A stretch of DNA of 64,000 nucleotides from Antedon mediterranea (Eukaryota > Animalia > Echinodermata), in the NCBI RefSeq assembly GCF_964355755.1, contig NC_092672.1, forward strand, positions 18,365,237-18,429,236, in the 5' to 3' direction. A program made the position numbers and the translations under genes. Positions 1 to 12,294 of this stretch are shown piece by piece. Numbering within the stretch: position 1 is the stretch's first letter; each line of letters begins with the position of its first letter. The notes below the pieces were generated by a model. It was given only the letters and a program-made list of their open reading frames with translations. It did not search any database and was not told the origin of the DNA.

Positions 1-137
1 CTATTATTTTACTATCACTGAATGAAATGTTATTATATTATATGTTTTATTGTCATGGAAATAATGTAAAATTTAAATGGTCACCGAAACATCTCGGTCA
101 TCTTTGTAATATTTAATTTCCTCCAGATATAAAACCG

Positions 138-890
138 GCCAGTATTTCTCAGCCTATGATTTATCTCACATTTGAAGCAGTGGAGGAGAACTCGTTCTGT
201 TGTTGAATCTTGGATTAGGGAGAATAGTAGTGATGGCCAAGACAATGAAACTGTTCCACATCAGGATGAAGCAGTTCATATACCTAATGCAGACACACCG
301 ACGGTTTCCTTAGATTCCGACAATTATGACTGGACATCTTCAGATTCTTCAGAAGAAAATGCTGTTGAAAATACAAGCACAACTTCGGGAATGGGCCACA
401 ATACATGCAGTAGACTAGCATTAAGTGAGTTACTTGATATTCTTTATAATAATGGCCATACCAGTCTTCCAAAAGATGCACGAACATTGTTACAAACACC
501 CACAAATGTAGAAACAGTAGACAAATGTAGTGGTAAAAACATTTACTTTGGAATAGAGTCAGGCATTTTGAGTGAGTAATTTGATAAGGTTGAATGAATT
601 TGCTAGGCAACCCTGTACATTGCCGCAGTTAGATAGATGGAAGGCAACTGAATTTAGACAGTTTTTATTATATTCTGGACTTGTTGTTTTGCAGATATTG
701 TGCCAACAGTGGTGTATGATCACTTTCTCTGCATTTCAGTTAGCATATCAATAATGCCTGATTCATGTGCCGAAAATAGAGCTGCTTATCTACCTTACGC
801 CAGGCAATTACTTTGATTATTTTGTCAGAAAATCCAAAGATAATTATAGAAAAACATTTGCAACCTACAATGTACATAATCTTACAAATA
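138..890 (+). pseudogene. CACTA/EnSpm-like transposase, N-terminal and central part (degenerate)
   Basis: Motifs LSELLDIL..GHTSLPKDARTLLQTP, EFARQP..L..LDRWKATEFRQFLLYSG and TYNVHNL, broken by stops and frameshifts; interrupted by a LINE at ~891. Confidence 0.8.
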
Positions 891-1044
891 TCCATCCATC
901 CTTTTAGTGAATTAGCAGCCATGGCGAACGGACGTGCCTAAACGTAGCTCTCCCGGCTCCTATTGTTAGATACAAACCAATCAGATTACTACACTCTTAA
1001 GCCCAAGCCGTCCACCTGCCCATTTCATTATTACAATTACACTG

Positions 1045-2001
1045 ATGATGGCTGGTGGTAGTAAGAAAAAACCGACTCCTAAAGATTCCGGAGAAAACGT
1101 AGCTGACTCCGGCGGATCTGGAAACCAAGCTGAATCCATTGGGCCTACTGAAAAAACAGAAATTAAAGAACTGATCGACTTAGAGCTTACAAAATGCTTA
1201 GCACCTGACTTCACATTTATGAAGAACATGTCTGCAGCTGTATCAAATTCCGTACAAGAACATCTAATTGGTAAGCTCACCGATCTTATTAGAGATTCTT
1301 TACACTTTGATATTAATAAGACTAACGATAAGATAGCAAGCCTTGAAGAAAAAATCATGATTTTAGAAAACAATAGTGATGAAGCTGAACAATATTCCAG
1401 GCGTAATTGCCTAATTCTTCACGGCGTTCCCGAATCAAGTAACGAGTGCACGGATACCAAGATTATCAATCTGCTTCAAGAAAAGCTTAATGTCAGCGTT
1501 GGAATTGCCGACATAGATAGAACTCATAGACTAGGACAAAGTAAGGGCTCAGACGCTAACAAACCTAGACGTGTTATCATTAAATTCTCAAACTACAACA
1601 AAAGAAGAGAAGTATTTAATGCAAAGAAGCAATTTAAAGGGACTAAATACTTCATACATGAGAATCTGACCCTGAAACGCTCGGAGCTATTACGAGTCAT
1701 AAAAACCAAATATGCGAAGTTCATTAAATCTACATGGACACTTGACGGCAAGATCTTTATTCTTACCAACGGCATGAAAAAACTTACCATCAGTAATCAA
1801 CTAGATCTATCTCGGAACCTAAACGATTTAAATTTATTTTGTTTTTATAAATCTTTTCTGATGTTTCACCTTTTTTTTCTTCTTTTTTTTGTTATGCCTT
1901 ACAGAAATGTTCTAGATTATTTAGACCCAAACATAGTTATGTATTTTGGGATAATGTCAATATATTTAAGTTTTATACAGTTTAATGATGAATACACTTG
2001 A
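1045..2001 (+). CDS. LINE ORF1 (coiled coil + RRM-like domain); C-terminal extension is probably read-through
   Basis: EQYSRRNCLILHGVPE, IDRTHRLG, PRRVIIKF, FIHENLT, TWTLDGKIFI. Confidence 0.85.
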   Translation: MMAGGSKKKPTPKDSGENVADSGGSGNQAESIGPTEKTEIKELIDLELTKCLAPDFTFMKNMSAAVSNSVQEHLIGKLTDLIRDSLHFDINKTNDKIASLEEKIMILENNSDEAEQYSRRNCLILHGVPESSNECTDTKIINLLQEKLNVSVGIADIDRTHRLGQSKGSDANKPRRVIIKFSNYNKRREVFNAKKQFKGTKYFIHENLTLKRSELLRVIKTKYAKFIKSTWTLDGKIFILTNGMKKLTISNQLDLSRNLNDLNLFCFYKSFLMFHLFFLLFFVMPYRNVLDYLDPNIVMYFGIMSIYLSFIQFNDEYT

Positions 2002-3235
2002 TAATTCAATATTGCAAAACTATGGTGGTGTAGATGGTAACTCTCTACAAAACATTTTGTGTCTTGATGAAAATGATTTAAGTGATAATCCAGTTCAGTT
2101 ACTTAAACACTCTCCATATTATGATTGTGATTCTATGTTGAATTTTCTTGAGTTACGAAAAAACAATTTCTGTATACTTAGCACGAATATCCAATCAATA
2201 CATGCTAAATTCAATTAATTAGTTGTATTTTTAAATGATTTAGCAACTAAACAGTTTTATTTTTCTGCTATTTGTATACAAGAGTCATGGTTGAGTGACA
2301 CTGCCGATACTTCACAAATTGAACTTGATAATTATGTATGTATTTCACAGGGTAAATCTTGTAGCTCAAAAGGGGGTTTGATTATATACCTACATAAAGA
2401 TTTTAATTACACTATGAAATCAAGTGTTGTTCATTCTACTGAATGGGAAGGTCAATTTCTTGAAATAACATGGAATAATTTGGTGAAAAACATACTCCTT
2501 GGTAATATATATCGCCCACCTAAAGATCTAAATGAAAATTACAATAGGTTTATACAGGAGTTGGTCCCTGAACTTACACGTTTTGACAAACTCAATCAAG
2601 AGATTATTATAACTGGAGACACAAACATTAATCTACTTAAAATAAATGAAAAAGAATGTTTTAGTAATTTTTTTGATACATTGACAAGTTTCAGTTATTT
2701 CCCCTATATCACATTGCCAACTAGATTTTCAAACCGAAGTGGAACTCTGATCGATAACTTTTTCTGCAGATTAAATAAATCATCAAATAGTGCTAATTCT
2801 GGTATTATGATTAAGAAATTCAGTGACCATCAACCTTATTTTTCTATGTCTTGATATACTAAATACATATCTTAAAAAAGCAAATCCTGTTCACCATGTT
2901 AAAAGTTATAATCATAGTGACATCATCAAATTTGTTAATGAAATAGAAAACTCTGACATACTTTTAAAATTAGATCATGACCCTGCTACAAACCCCAACA
3001 GAAATTATAATATCATGAATAATCTTATAACGACTGCTAAAAATAAATGTATGCCTTATAAAATTGTAAAATTTAATAAACATAAACACAAAAAATCAAA
3101 CTGGATTACTAGTGGAATAATCAAATCTATCAAGTTTAGGGATAAATTACACCTAAAATTAAAAAGAACACCAATAACATCAAATGAGCATGATACATTA
3201 AAAATAAATCTTAAAACATATAACAACATTCTTAA
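1985..3235 (+). pseudogene. LINE ORF2, APE endonuclease part (stop and frameshift)
   Basis: STNIQS, IQESWL, GGLIIY, NIYRPP, GDTNINLL, TLIDNFF, SDHQP, WITSGI. Confidence 0.9.
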
Positions 3236-3499
3236 AGGACAATAGACAGATGAGCTTTTGATAAAGGAAAAACCAATACAATAAACATTATAACAAACCC
3301 TGAAGTTGTGATTTTTTTTTACCTTCACAAATGCCAGAAAATGACTTTATTGTATACTGCATCGCGACCGAATCGCTAGCCAATGAGTTGACCTTTCCAT
3401 CTCATTAACCTTTGTGCCTGTGACGTCACGATAGCGACACGCTTTTCGACAACGCTGTGAAAGCCCACGCACATAATACAGTTTTGTATTCAAACACAG

Positions 3500-6400
3500 A
3501 TGGACTCGGCGATAGATAGCGATCAAGAAATACCTGATTTAGAGGTTAGGCCGTATCAATTCGAGCCATTATCGAAAAAAAGAATGGCTGTTGTGCTGTC
3601 TTCATCGGAAGATAGTGATAGTGAAAGAGACAGCGAAGACGACGATGTTCCTTTGGAACATAACAATGAGAGGGATGCTAGTCAAGTCGCCCCATCGCAA
3701 AGTCGCCCCATACAAAGTCGCCCCTTACACAGTCGCCCCATCGCAAAGTCGCCCCAAAACAAAGTCGCCCCGACATAGTCGCCCTATCGCAAAGTCGCCC
3801 CATCGCAAAGTCGCCCCAACGCAAAGTCGCTCCATCGCAAAGTCGCCCCATCACAAAGTCGTCCTATCGCAAAGTCGCCCCAAAACGTTAAAAAATAGTT
3901 TACAAGTGCGTAAAATGTTGCAATGATACACAAGATAACACAGAACGTGTAGGCATAGGGGAAGCCCCGCCATGTAGTCTCAGGTCACACGATCGGCACG
4001 CACCCCCATATCAGAGAGGAAGCCCCCGACTAATCACTCCGCGGTCGCACTCCGCGGTCGCACTCTAACGTGCTAGCTTACCATGAGAGGGAAACCCCCG
4101 TAATTACTCCGCCGTTGCCGTTGTCGCACTCTACAACGCACCATCTGAAGATGGGGAAACCCCGCCGGAGTTTTACAATGATATCAGTCGCGTTCGAAAT
4201 CGGTCGCGATAAAATGATGTTATACGATCTAGATTATTTTTACTTTGGTCGATGAATATTTATTATTATTATTAGGCCTATATTAATAATTGATTTTTTT
4301 TTTATTTTACAGGTCAGTATGATGAGAAAGATGTGTGGCTTAAAAAATGACAATTTGTAAACATAGTTTAAGATATAGTATTATCCAGCATAATGTCATT
4401 TAACAGTACATACGTACTTATTTAAATGTGAAATATTTTATAGGAAACGTAGGCTACGTCTGTGTCTTTTATTTTATATGCAACAAATTACGTAAAACAA
4501 TTTATTTATAAACATTCAGTTTACTATTATATACATAGTATTACAGTGAACATTGATTGTAAGACTCCTGGAAAGGCAATCCCATCATTATATCCATTAT
4601 AAAATTGCATCATATCACCGGCACTATATGTCGTAAATGATAACGTGCGTGTGTGTATTTGTCGTACGTCCGTGTACGTATTATTCCGTGCCTCTTCACT
4701 GTCTTGTTTAATTTAAAATTAAATAAACACCCGATATGAGGATATTTATTAAGGCATTATAATTAGAATGTTCTATAACCAAAAGGATTGAAAAGAATTT
4801 CTTCAGTAAAATGATCATTGTGCTGTTGAATAAAAGGCGACTCGCCATCTGAAACATTCTCTGAATCCAATCGGAGCTGCGCCTTCTGGTATCTGTTTCC
4901 TCACAGCTGCTACGTCTTTCTGCTGACCGTCGGGGATTCCCCTTTTTAAAAAACACGCACACGATACTGTACGATGGTTTTTCCATGGTCAAAATGTCGC
5001 GTTTTAATTTTACTAATACCTGCATGTAAAACAATCACATCGGCGATGAAATCCCCTTTTTTTTCTTCATTTTGAAAAGTCATTATAAAATTAAGACACA
5101 TAACTTGTCAATAAATGCAAAATGATCAATAAGTAGCCTATAACACTTATTGTCTTACAACACTGTTATTGTTTTAACTACTGTAAATCTATACGGCGAA
5201 GGCCTACTACACATTTATACATTTATTATATTATCCTAAAAAATTAGCTGGTATCCACGCGTAGGTTGAAGAAAGATTCGTAATTGTGGCTCTGGTAACT
5301 AATTTTAAAATCATATTAAATTAACATTTTCGAAACTATAAATCAGGGATAATCTTTTTAGGGACTATTTTTTTAAATGATTTTTAAAAAGCACATCACT
5401 CCATTAAAACCTGTAAAATAAAAATTAAAACACAAATTACAGTATGTATATAATAGGATAAACATTATAATGTATACGACATTTAGCGCGACCAAAGTAA
5501 CAACGCAATCGATATCAAACGCACCCAATATGATTAAAACCGATAAAAACTCCGGCGGGGTTTCCCCATCTTCAGATGGTGCGTTGTAGAGCGCGACAAC
5601 GGCAACGGCGGAGTAATTACGGGGGTTTCCCTCTCATGGTAAGCTAGCACGTTTAGTGCGACCGCGGAGTCGAGTGCGACCGCGGAGTGATTAGTCCTCT
5701 CTGATGGGGGTGCGTGCCGATCGTGTGACCTGAGACTACATGGCGGGGCTTCCCCTTTTTATGCCTACACGTTCTGTGTTATTTTGTGTATCATTGCAAC
5801 ATTTTACGCACTTGTAAACTATTTTTTAACGTTTTGGGGCGACTTTGCAATGGGGCGACTTTGCGTTGGGGTGACTTTGCGATGGGGCCACTTTGCGATG
5901 GGGCGACTTTGTAATGGGGCGACTTTGCGATGGGGCGACTGTGCCGGGGCGACTTTGTTTTGGGGCGACTTTGCGATGGGGCGACTGTGTAAGGGGCGAC
6001 TTTGTATGGGGCGACTTTGCGATGGGGCGACTTGACTGGATCCCGAGTCGGCAACATAGCTTGGTATGTATTGTAGGCTAACTAGGCCTAGTAGTAGGCC
6101 CTAACTAGGCCTAAAATAACCTGAAATTCGTAAACGCGACCTGTAAGCCTAGCCTAGCTAGCTGCGTCTGTTTTTGCTAGCTATTTTATTATTATTATGT
6201 TGCTTTGCCTGTGATTCGCTTATATCCCTAAAATGAATGTATTTCATGTTAAAGTATGGCACGTAATATTTATGAAAATGTGTGAACATGTAATGTAACT
6301 AGGGTAGGGATCCGGTCGCATCCGGGCCTCCTAGCTATTCCTTGAATATTGTAGACTTGGTTGCCTATACTCTAGGCATTGTAGTAATAATTAATATAGG

Positions 6401-7212
6401 CCTAGTATATTATTATTATAGTATTTTTTTATATTATTATATACACTGTACTTTATTTTTACAAATCAGGTGTTGGTGCTCTCACTGTGCAGTAGCAAAC
6501 ACTGCAGTTGAATCCGTCTGCTGTAAAGAAACGGAGGAAATGCAGCAGAAAATGTCTGACCAGGATGTCGAATGCATAACACTACACACTGGATTTAAGA
6601 ATAACTGCCTTGACAGGGATGTTATCGAAGTTTCCTTCTGGCATTATGTCAAGAAACAGGGGCCATTTGATGATGATCACCCAGTGAATCAGTAAGCATA
6701 ATTATTTATTCATGTTTTTAATACAGTAAAAAAACAATTGGTATTCTGTGAGCAGTCACAGTAAAGGAATACATATAAGCAACACAAATCATTGGTTCAA
6801 CTACAATACTTCACAGAAATAACTGTTTAATAACTATTTAAATAGATACATACAGTGCACTCAACCGCATCAGTACACATGTTTTATACAGTATAACTGG
6901 AAAGAAGAAGTATATATAAATAATACAGTAATGTACAGGATTATAAAAATGTGTAATTAATGATTTGCAACTGTACACATGAAATTGTATCATAGTTCCA
7001 AATTAAACCTTAAAAAAAAAAACTAATTTGTATTTTATATATTTCTATAAAGGTTATATCGTCATGTTGCGTACAGGAGGTTCACCACATGGATCTGGAA
7101 GTTACTTGGGAAACATGTACGGAAAACACTACCATCCTGTGTTGTGTCTACAATCAGGAATACCTTTCCGGCCCAACAATATGTTAGGTTCAAGTACCCA
7201 GAAATACCATAA
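3500..7212 (+). CDS. KolX / P2X7 ballast-like (Nanor-like) protein; exons 3500-3671 + 6045-6063, 6470-6691, 7053-7212; exon 1 disrupted by a foldback insertion
   Basis: VRPYQFEP, RVGNIAW|CWCSHC, ESVCCKE, CITLHTGF, YRHVAYRRFTTWIWKLLGKHVRKTLPSCVVSTIRNTFP; GT-AG introns with matching phase. Confidence 0.85.
3672..6044. mobile_element. Foldback-type non-autonomous TIR element (~650 bp imperfect arms containing ~16-bp AAGTCGCCCCATCGCA tandem arrays)
   Basis: Left end GGGATGCTAGTCAAGTCGCCCC matches the reverse complement of the right end GGGGCGACTTGACTGGATCCC; arrays at 3682-3882 and 5836-6036. Confidence 0.9.
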
Positions 7213-7564
7213 GTTTGTTGTTTTTATTACACAAATTTTAGTATTGAACATACAGTAATTAACATACTTAGAAAGCAAAATAAGAATATAAATATTATTT
7301 TGTATTATTTATAAGTACAATATGTTAATACTTTCAATATTTAGTTAATATAGTCTTAGTAGTAAATAGTAAAGGTGATAAAGTTATCCCTTCCAAAATA
7401 AAACTATTATTATTACACAGTACAAAGTTTATTTGATTTTTTAATGAGAGAACATGTTTTCCAGCATTCAAAAAAACTTAATGTCAGTATATTTTACATT
7501 TTTATCCTTTGTTTTTTGGAAACGTGATTGCTTGCAATTCTGATTTGTCAAACTTTTTGAATTT

Positions 7565-9425
7565 AGGACAGCTAAAAAAATGTATTATGAATCATGCTTT
7601 TCCAAATGTAAAGATGACGTTTGTAAAACATGGTCAACCATAAATGATGTTCTAAATAAAACAAAAAATTGTAGACAGTTTCCTGAATTATTTAAAGATG
7701 ATGATCGATCAATAACAAATCAATTAGAAATAGCAAATCAATTTAATTTATATTTCACAAATATTGGCCCAAACCTTGCAAATAAAATCAATACTGACAG
7801 CTGTAACAAATCTTTTGAACATTTTCTTTCAAATAAAACCAATAACTTTAATTTTGAAAATGTAAATGAAGATACAGTTTTGGAAATTATAGATAAATTA
7901 AAATCAAAGTCAAGTTGTGGTTGGGATGGTTTATCAACGAAATTAATTAAATCAATTATAATCAAACCACTCACAATAATTATAAATCAAATGATAAACA
8001 CAGAGATTTTTCCTGATAAACTGAAAATAGCCAGAGTTATACCTTTGTTTAAAAATGGTGATAACTCCTGTTTTACAAATTATCGTCCAATTTCGTTGCT
8101 CCCTGCAATATCCAAAATTTTTGAAAAAGTAATTTACAACCAATTATATTTGCACTTTCAAATAAATAAATTATTTTCTAGCAGCCAATATGGTTTTCGG
8201 TCAGGCCATTCTACGGAATTAGCTGCACTTGAGCTTGTAGATAAAGTTATTCAAGACATGGACAATTATGAAATACCAATTAACATATATTTGGACCTAT
8301 CAAAAGCATTTGATACATTGGATCACAAAATAATGTTGCATAAATTGAATCATTATGGCCTTCATTCGAATTCACTTAATCTTATGAAGGATTATTTAAC
8401 GAATCGTAAACAATATGTGGACATTAATGGAACTCAATCTGATATTTTACAGATAACTACAGGTGTTCCACAAGGATTAATACTGGGTCCGCTTTTGTTT
8501 ATCATATACATAAACGATATCGCAAACGTTAGCACTATTTTTAAAACTATAATATATGCAGACGATACAACACTTTTAAGCACCCTCAGGACATGTATTA
8601 AATCCAATTAACAACATTGAACTTGATAAAGTTAGTGAATGGCTTAAATTAAACAAATTATCTTTAAATGTATTGAAGTCGAAGTATATGATATTTCATA
8701 TGAGTAAACGTCGTGTTGATACGTTGGATATAGAAATTGACAATGTTAAGATTCAGCGGGTTCATAATTTCAACTTCCTTGGTATAATAATTAATGAACA
8801 TCTAAATTGGAATAGCCATGGTGATTATATTTCAAATAAGATTTCCAAAACTATTGGCATTTTAAATAAACTCAAGCGCTTTATCCCAGCAAATGTTATG
8901 AATATTTAATATAACTCTTTAGTTGTTTCACACATAAATTATGGTATACTGCTTTGGGGTTATGTTTGTAAAAGAGTAACAATATTGCAGAAAAAAGCCT
9001 TACGTATTATTACTCAAAGTAAATACAATGCCCATTCAGAACCTCTTTTTAAAAAATTCAGATTTCTAAATGTATGTGATATTCATAAACTATGCCAATT
9101 AAAATGTTACTATAAATATTCAAATAATATGTTACCTGATTATTTTCAAAGGTTTTCTTTAGAACTAAATTCAGCTTTACATTCGTATAACACACGTATT
9201 AAAGACAACTTTCATGTTGTTAGGGTCAAACATGAGTTTGCAAAGAAATGTATTAGGTATAGCCTACCTTTATTAATTAACAATACTGTAAATTTGATTA
9301 CTGAAAAGGTAAATACACATTCTTTGAAAGGTTTTTCTACATATTTAAAAAATAATTTTATTTCAGAATATGATGATGTATGTTATATCCAAAATTGTTA
9401 TATATGTAAGAGAGATGGGTTGTAG
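7565..9425 (+). pseudogene. LINE ORF2, reverse transcriptase and C-terminal part
   Basis: NYRPISLLP, QYGFR, LDLSKAFDT, GVPQG, YADDT, FLGI; several stops and frameshifts. Confidence 0.92.
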
Positions 9426-9632
9426 CTGTTCTGATATGATTTTGTTAATGTTATGATTTGTTAATTTTTTAATTATATTATATACATGAGAATTATATAT
9501 TATTTAAAATGTTCGGGTGGCTTCCATGCATGCGGCTTTTGGCCTTAATGGAAGTCTCCCTGGTCCTTTTGTATATTTTTTGCTTTGTATTTATTTTTTC
9601 TTTTGGATCAAATAAACTGATTTGTGACTTGT

Positions 9633-10090
9633 GTGAGGATGTTACTTTTTTTGAGTGCTCATTAAATGATCTGTCTGCATTTAAATTTGAGAATCACAAG
9701 CAAATGATTAAAAAACTTGTAAGGAATGAACAAAATCCTATAGTGCAATAAGTAGCCAAACGTTTAGCAGAAAAGGGGAATGAAAGCACCACAAAATTAA
9801 AGGTCACCGAAAGCTAAATTTCTACAAAGAGAAAGGACCAATGTTTTTTGTTACACAATATACTTGCACTTGTGAGGGAGATGAAAGAATGTGTTTCCTT
9901 GCATCATGTAGTTTTATGACAGTTCCTGCAATTCAAAGAAGTGTCACAAGTGATGTTCATCGAAGAAGACAACATAAAGTCTCACAGTCGCCGTAAACTT
10001 GTAGAACACAAAGACCTACTGCGCAAGACTGTGTGCTTACCATATAACAATGGATTTGTATTATTCTTATTGCTACACGAAGTGGAATGG
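9633..10090 (+). pseudogene. CACTA/EnSpm-like transposase, C-terminal continuation
   Basis: CEDVTFFECSLNDLSAFKFENHKQMIKKLVR..NPIVQ continues the YNVHNL motif across the LINE. Confidence 0.75.
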
Positions 10091-10617
10091 GATAGGAAGA
10101 AAGGAAATTAGTTCTAATCAAATTAAGAAAGCAGTTATCCACACGGCAAAAGTGCGAACAAGACAAAAACGATTATTCGCACGGCAAAAACATAGGTCCT
10201 CCTAAACACCAATCCCATTGGGCCCACCTCCTACCAGATAATTACAAATAGTACGAAATATGATATAAAATGCAGTTAAACCTAAAAAACGTGGTCATAT
10301 TTACACACTTTAGAAGGGCGGGAATATTTAATCATACTTTCTGGGGTAATGTTAGCTCAGTCAGTAAAGCGCAAGACTATATTGATGTTGATGTTTAAGA
10401 GTTTGAATCTGCGAAAGAAAACATTTTGGACAATAAAAAAAAATGCTGAAACTATTACTACTGCAACACAAACCAAACATAATAAAACTACCAAAACAAT
10501 GCAATATAAATTGATTATAGTAGGTTATAGGTTATAGGTCAATACTTTACTGCTATATATTTCGGTCAAATGGCTGCTAAGTAATATTTTATTTTATATA
10601 CACAATGTCAATATTTT

Positions 10618-11531
10618 ATGTCTTGGACAAGAGCAGCGTAGCGGGAGGGTCCAGGCATAGAAGAGGAGGCAGTGGTACCTTCATGCTGGATAAATTTAAA
10701 TGAGAAGCTGGATACTATTAGACTAAGACAAAAAAAAAAGAAGAGGGCTGGTATAGTTCTACCTTGATCAATTCCAACATCAGCTATGGTTTGTTTATTT
10801 ATTGTTATCAATAACAATCTATCCAATTTCCAGTAGAATTACTGGTTGCAGTAATTTAAATTAATCTCTATCAACACATTTGTCTTATACATAGCATTTT
10901 AAATATTTTCTGAATTGTTACAAATTAAAATGTTATTATTTTGTAAATTTAACAAAATCAGGACAAGTATTTCGAACTATGATTTTAAAACTAAAAGTTC
11001 GAAAAAAGAATTTTAAAAGTGTAAAAAGACTAACTATGTTCATGGTAGGCTATTTTATAAGTAGTTGCATGAATGTGAAGCATTTGGACTTCACAACAGA
11101 GGACAGTGATAGTGAACCTCAAATTGAAACAGGTCCGGGCAAACAAACGAAGAGGAAGTTCTCCAATTGCCACATGGGTATTTGTTTTAAAAATATATGC
11201 AAAAAGCACTTTATTTATGTGTAGCCCTTGGACCAACTAACATATGTTATAAAACTATATACCAACAGCAACATTTTACTAAACACATTTAGGGATGGAT
11301 GTACTGTAGCTACAAGAAGTCTGGTGAGTGTAGCAAAGATCAATTGTAGGTTTTTGATTTTAAAGGTGGGTGCCCAATCATCTCCGGCTAGCACAATTAC
11401 ATTATTGAAATTTTATGTACAAATTACCCATGTTTAAATAATCTAAAGGAAAACAAAGTTTTCACTCACCATTAATGTTTACTTTTTCAGATTCATTTGA
11501 AAGTTCATTTTCTGAAAATTAAGAACCACAA
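10618..11531 (+). pseudogene. 5' exons of the CACTA-associated second gene (DUF4806-like)
   Basis: MSWTRAA*REGPGIEEEAVVPSCWI, followed by an acidic/basic exon DFTTEDSDSEPQ..KQTKRK and a 41-nt exon at 11491-11531. Confidence 0.55.
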
Positions 11532-12294
11532 GTATAATACTCAATATTGCCATGTAATCTAGATACATTTACAGCATTTTACTAGTGGTTCTTATTAGCG
11601 ATCCTTTCATTGAATGTTCTGTTCATTTTGAATATTAGAAAAATACTACATTAGCTTATTGTAGTTAGCCATCACTATCACAAATGGATCTGGGGTTGGC
11701 CATTTGTTATTATGTAACAATTTAAATTAATTGATTCGGTGTGTCTACATGCCAGACTGCATGACACTAAAGAGGATTATTAGTACAAAAATAAAATGAA
11801 TGATCACACGGTAATTAATTTATCGCAAATAGCTTGCACAATGCACGATGGGAGGAAACGTCACGACGCGTACAAACAACAAATCATGTATGTACGCGAT
11901 GTGACGTTTGCTCCCAAATCCTTCCCACCATGCATCGCACACACTATTTGCGATAAACCTTATCATGTTGGTTTTCGATTCTCTACTCACATATTTTGCT
12001 TTAGAATTTGACAACTTTAACGTTAAAGATAATAGAGTTTAACTAATTATGTCAGTTTTGGAGAAAAAAATGGCCTGCTTGCTGGAAGCGAAGAAATTGG
12101 GATATACATAAAAAACTGAAAACAGAAACAAATGCTTTTATCAATGTCTAGCATCTCAGATAGGATCATCGGTCAATGAAGATGAAATTATTCTTGATTA
12201 TGTGGAAAACGTAAGTTTGTTATAAAACATATATTATTATTAATCAGTATTATGTTAATTAATTAATTAGGTAGCCTAGATGGGGGCGCGCCAC

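Larger units (their letters stand above)
3236..7562 (+). mobile_element. Kolobok DNA transposon remnant (left end + KolX gene; transposase and right end largely deleted)
   Basis: Starts TTAA|AGGAC, matching the Kolobok TTAA target and RR terminus; carries a KolX-like gene; a possible transposase C-terminal stub (DKSEL...SRF) lies on the minus strand at ~7505-7560. Confidence 0.7.
891..9632 (+). mobile_element. Near full-length CR1-like LINE (ORF1 + APE-RT ORF2), interrupted by a Kolobok insertion
   Basis: 5'UTR, ORF1, endonuclease, RT (PQG, YADD), C-terminal CxxxxCxxC, then AATAAA and a TTGTGAC-type tail; splits the host transposase between YNVHNL and CEDV. Confidence 0.9.

Noticed and set aside
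3682-3882. Short regularly spaced repeats resembling a CRISPR array (also 5836-6036, 32640-33050, 37510-38040, 52060-52390)
   Set aside because: No unique spacers, no cas genes, eukaryotic context; these are subterminal arrays of TIR elements.
6342-7258. Host P2RX7 gene
   Set aside because: No transmembrane or ectodomain exons; only the ballast-like domain is present, inside a TTAA-flanked insertion in a LINE.
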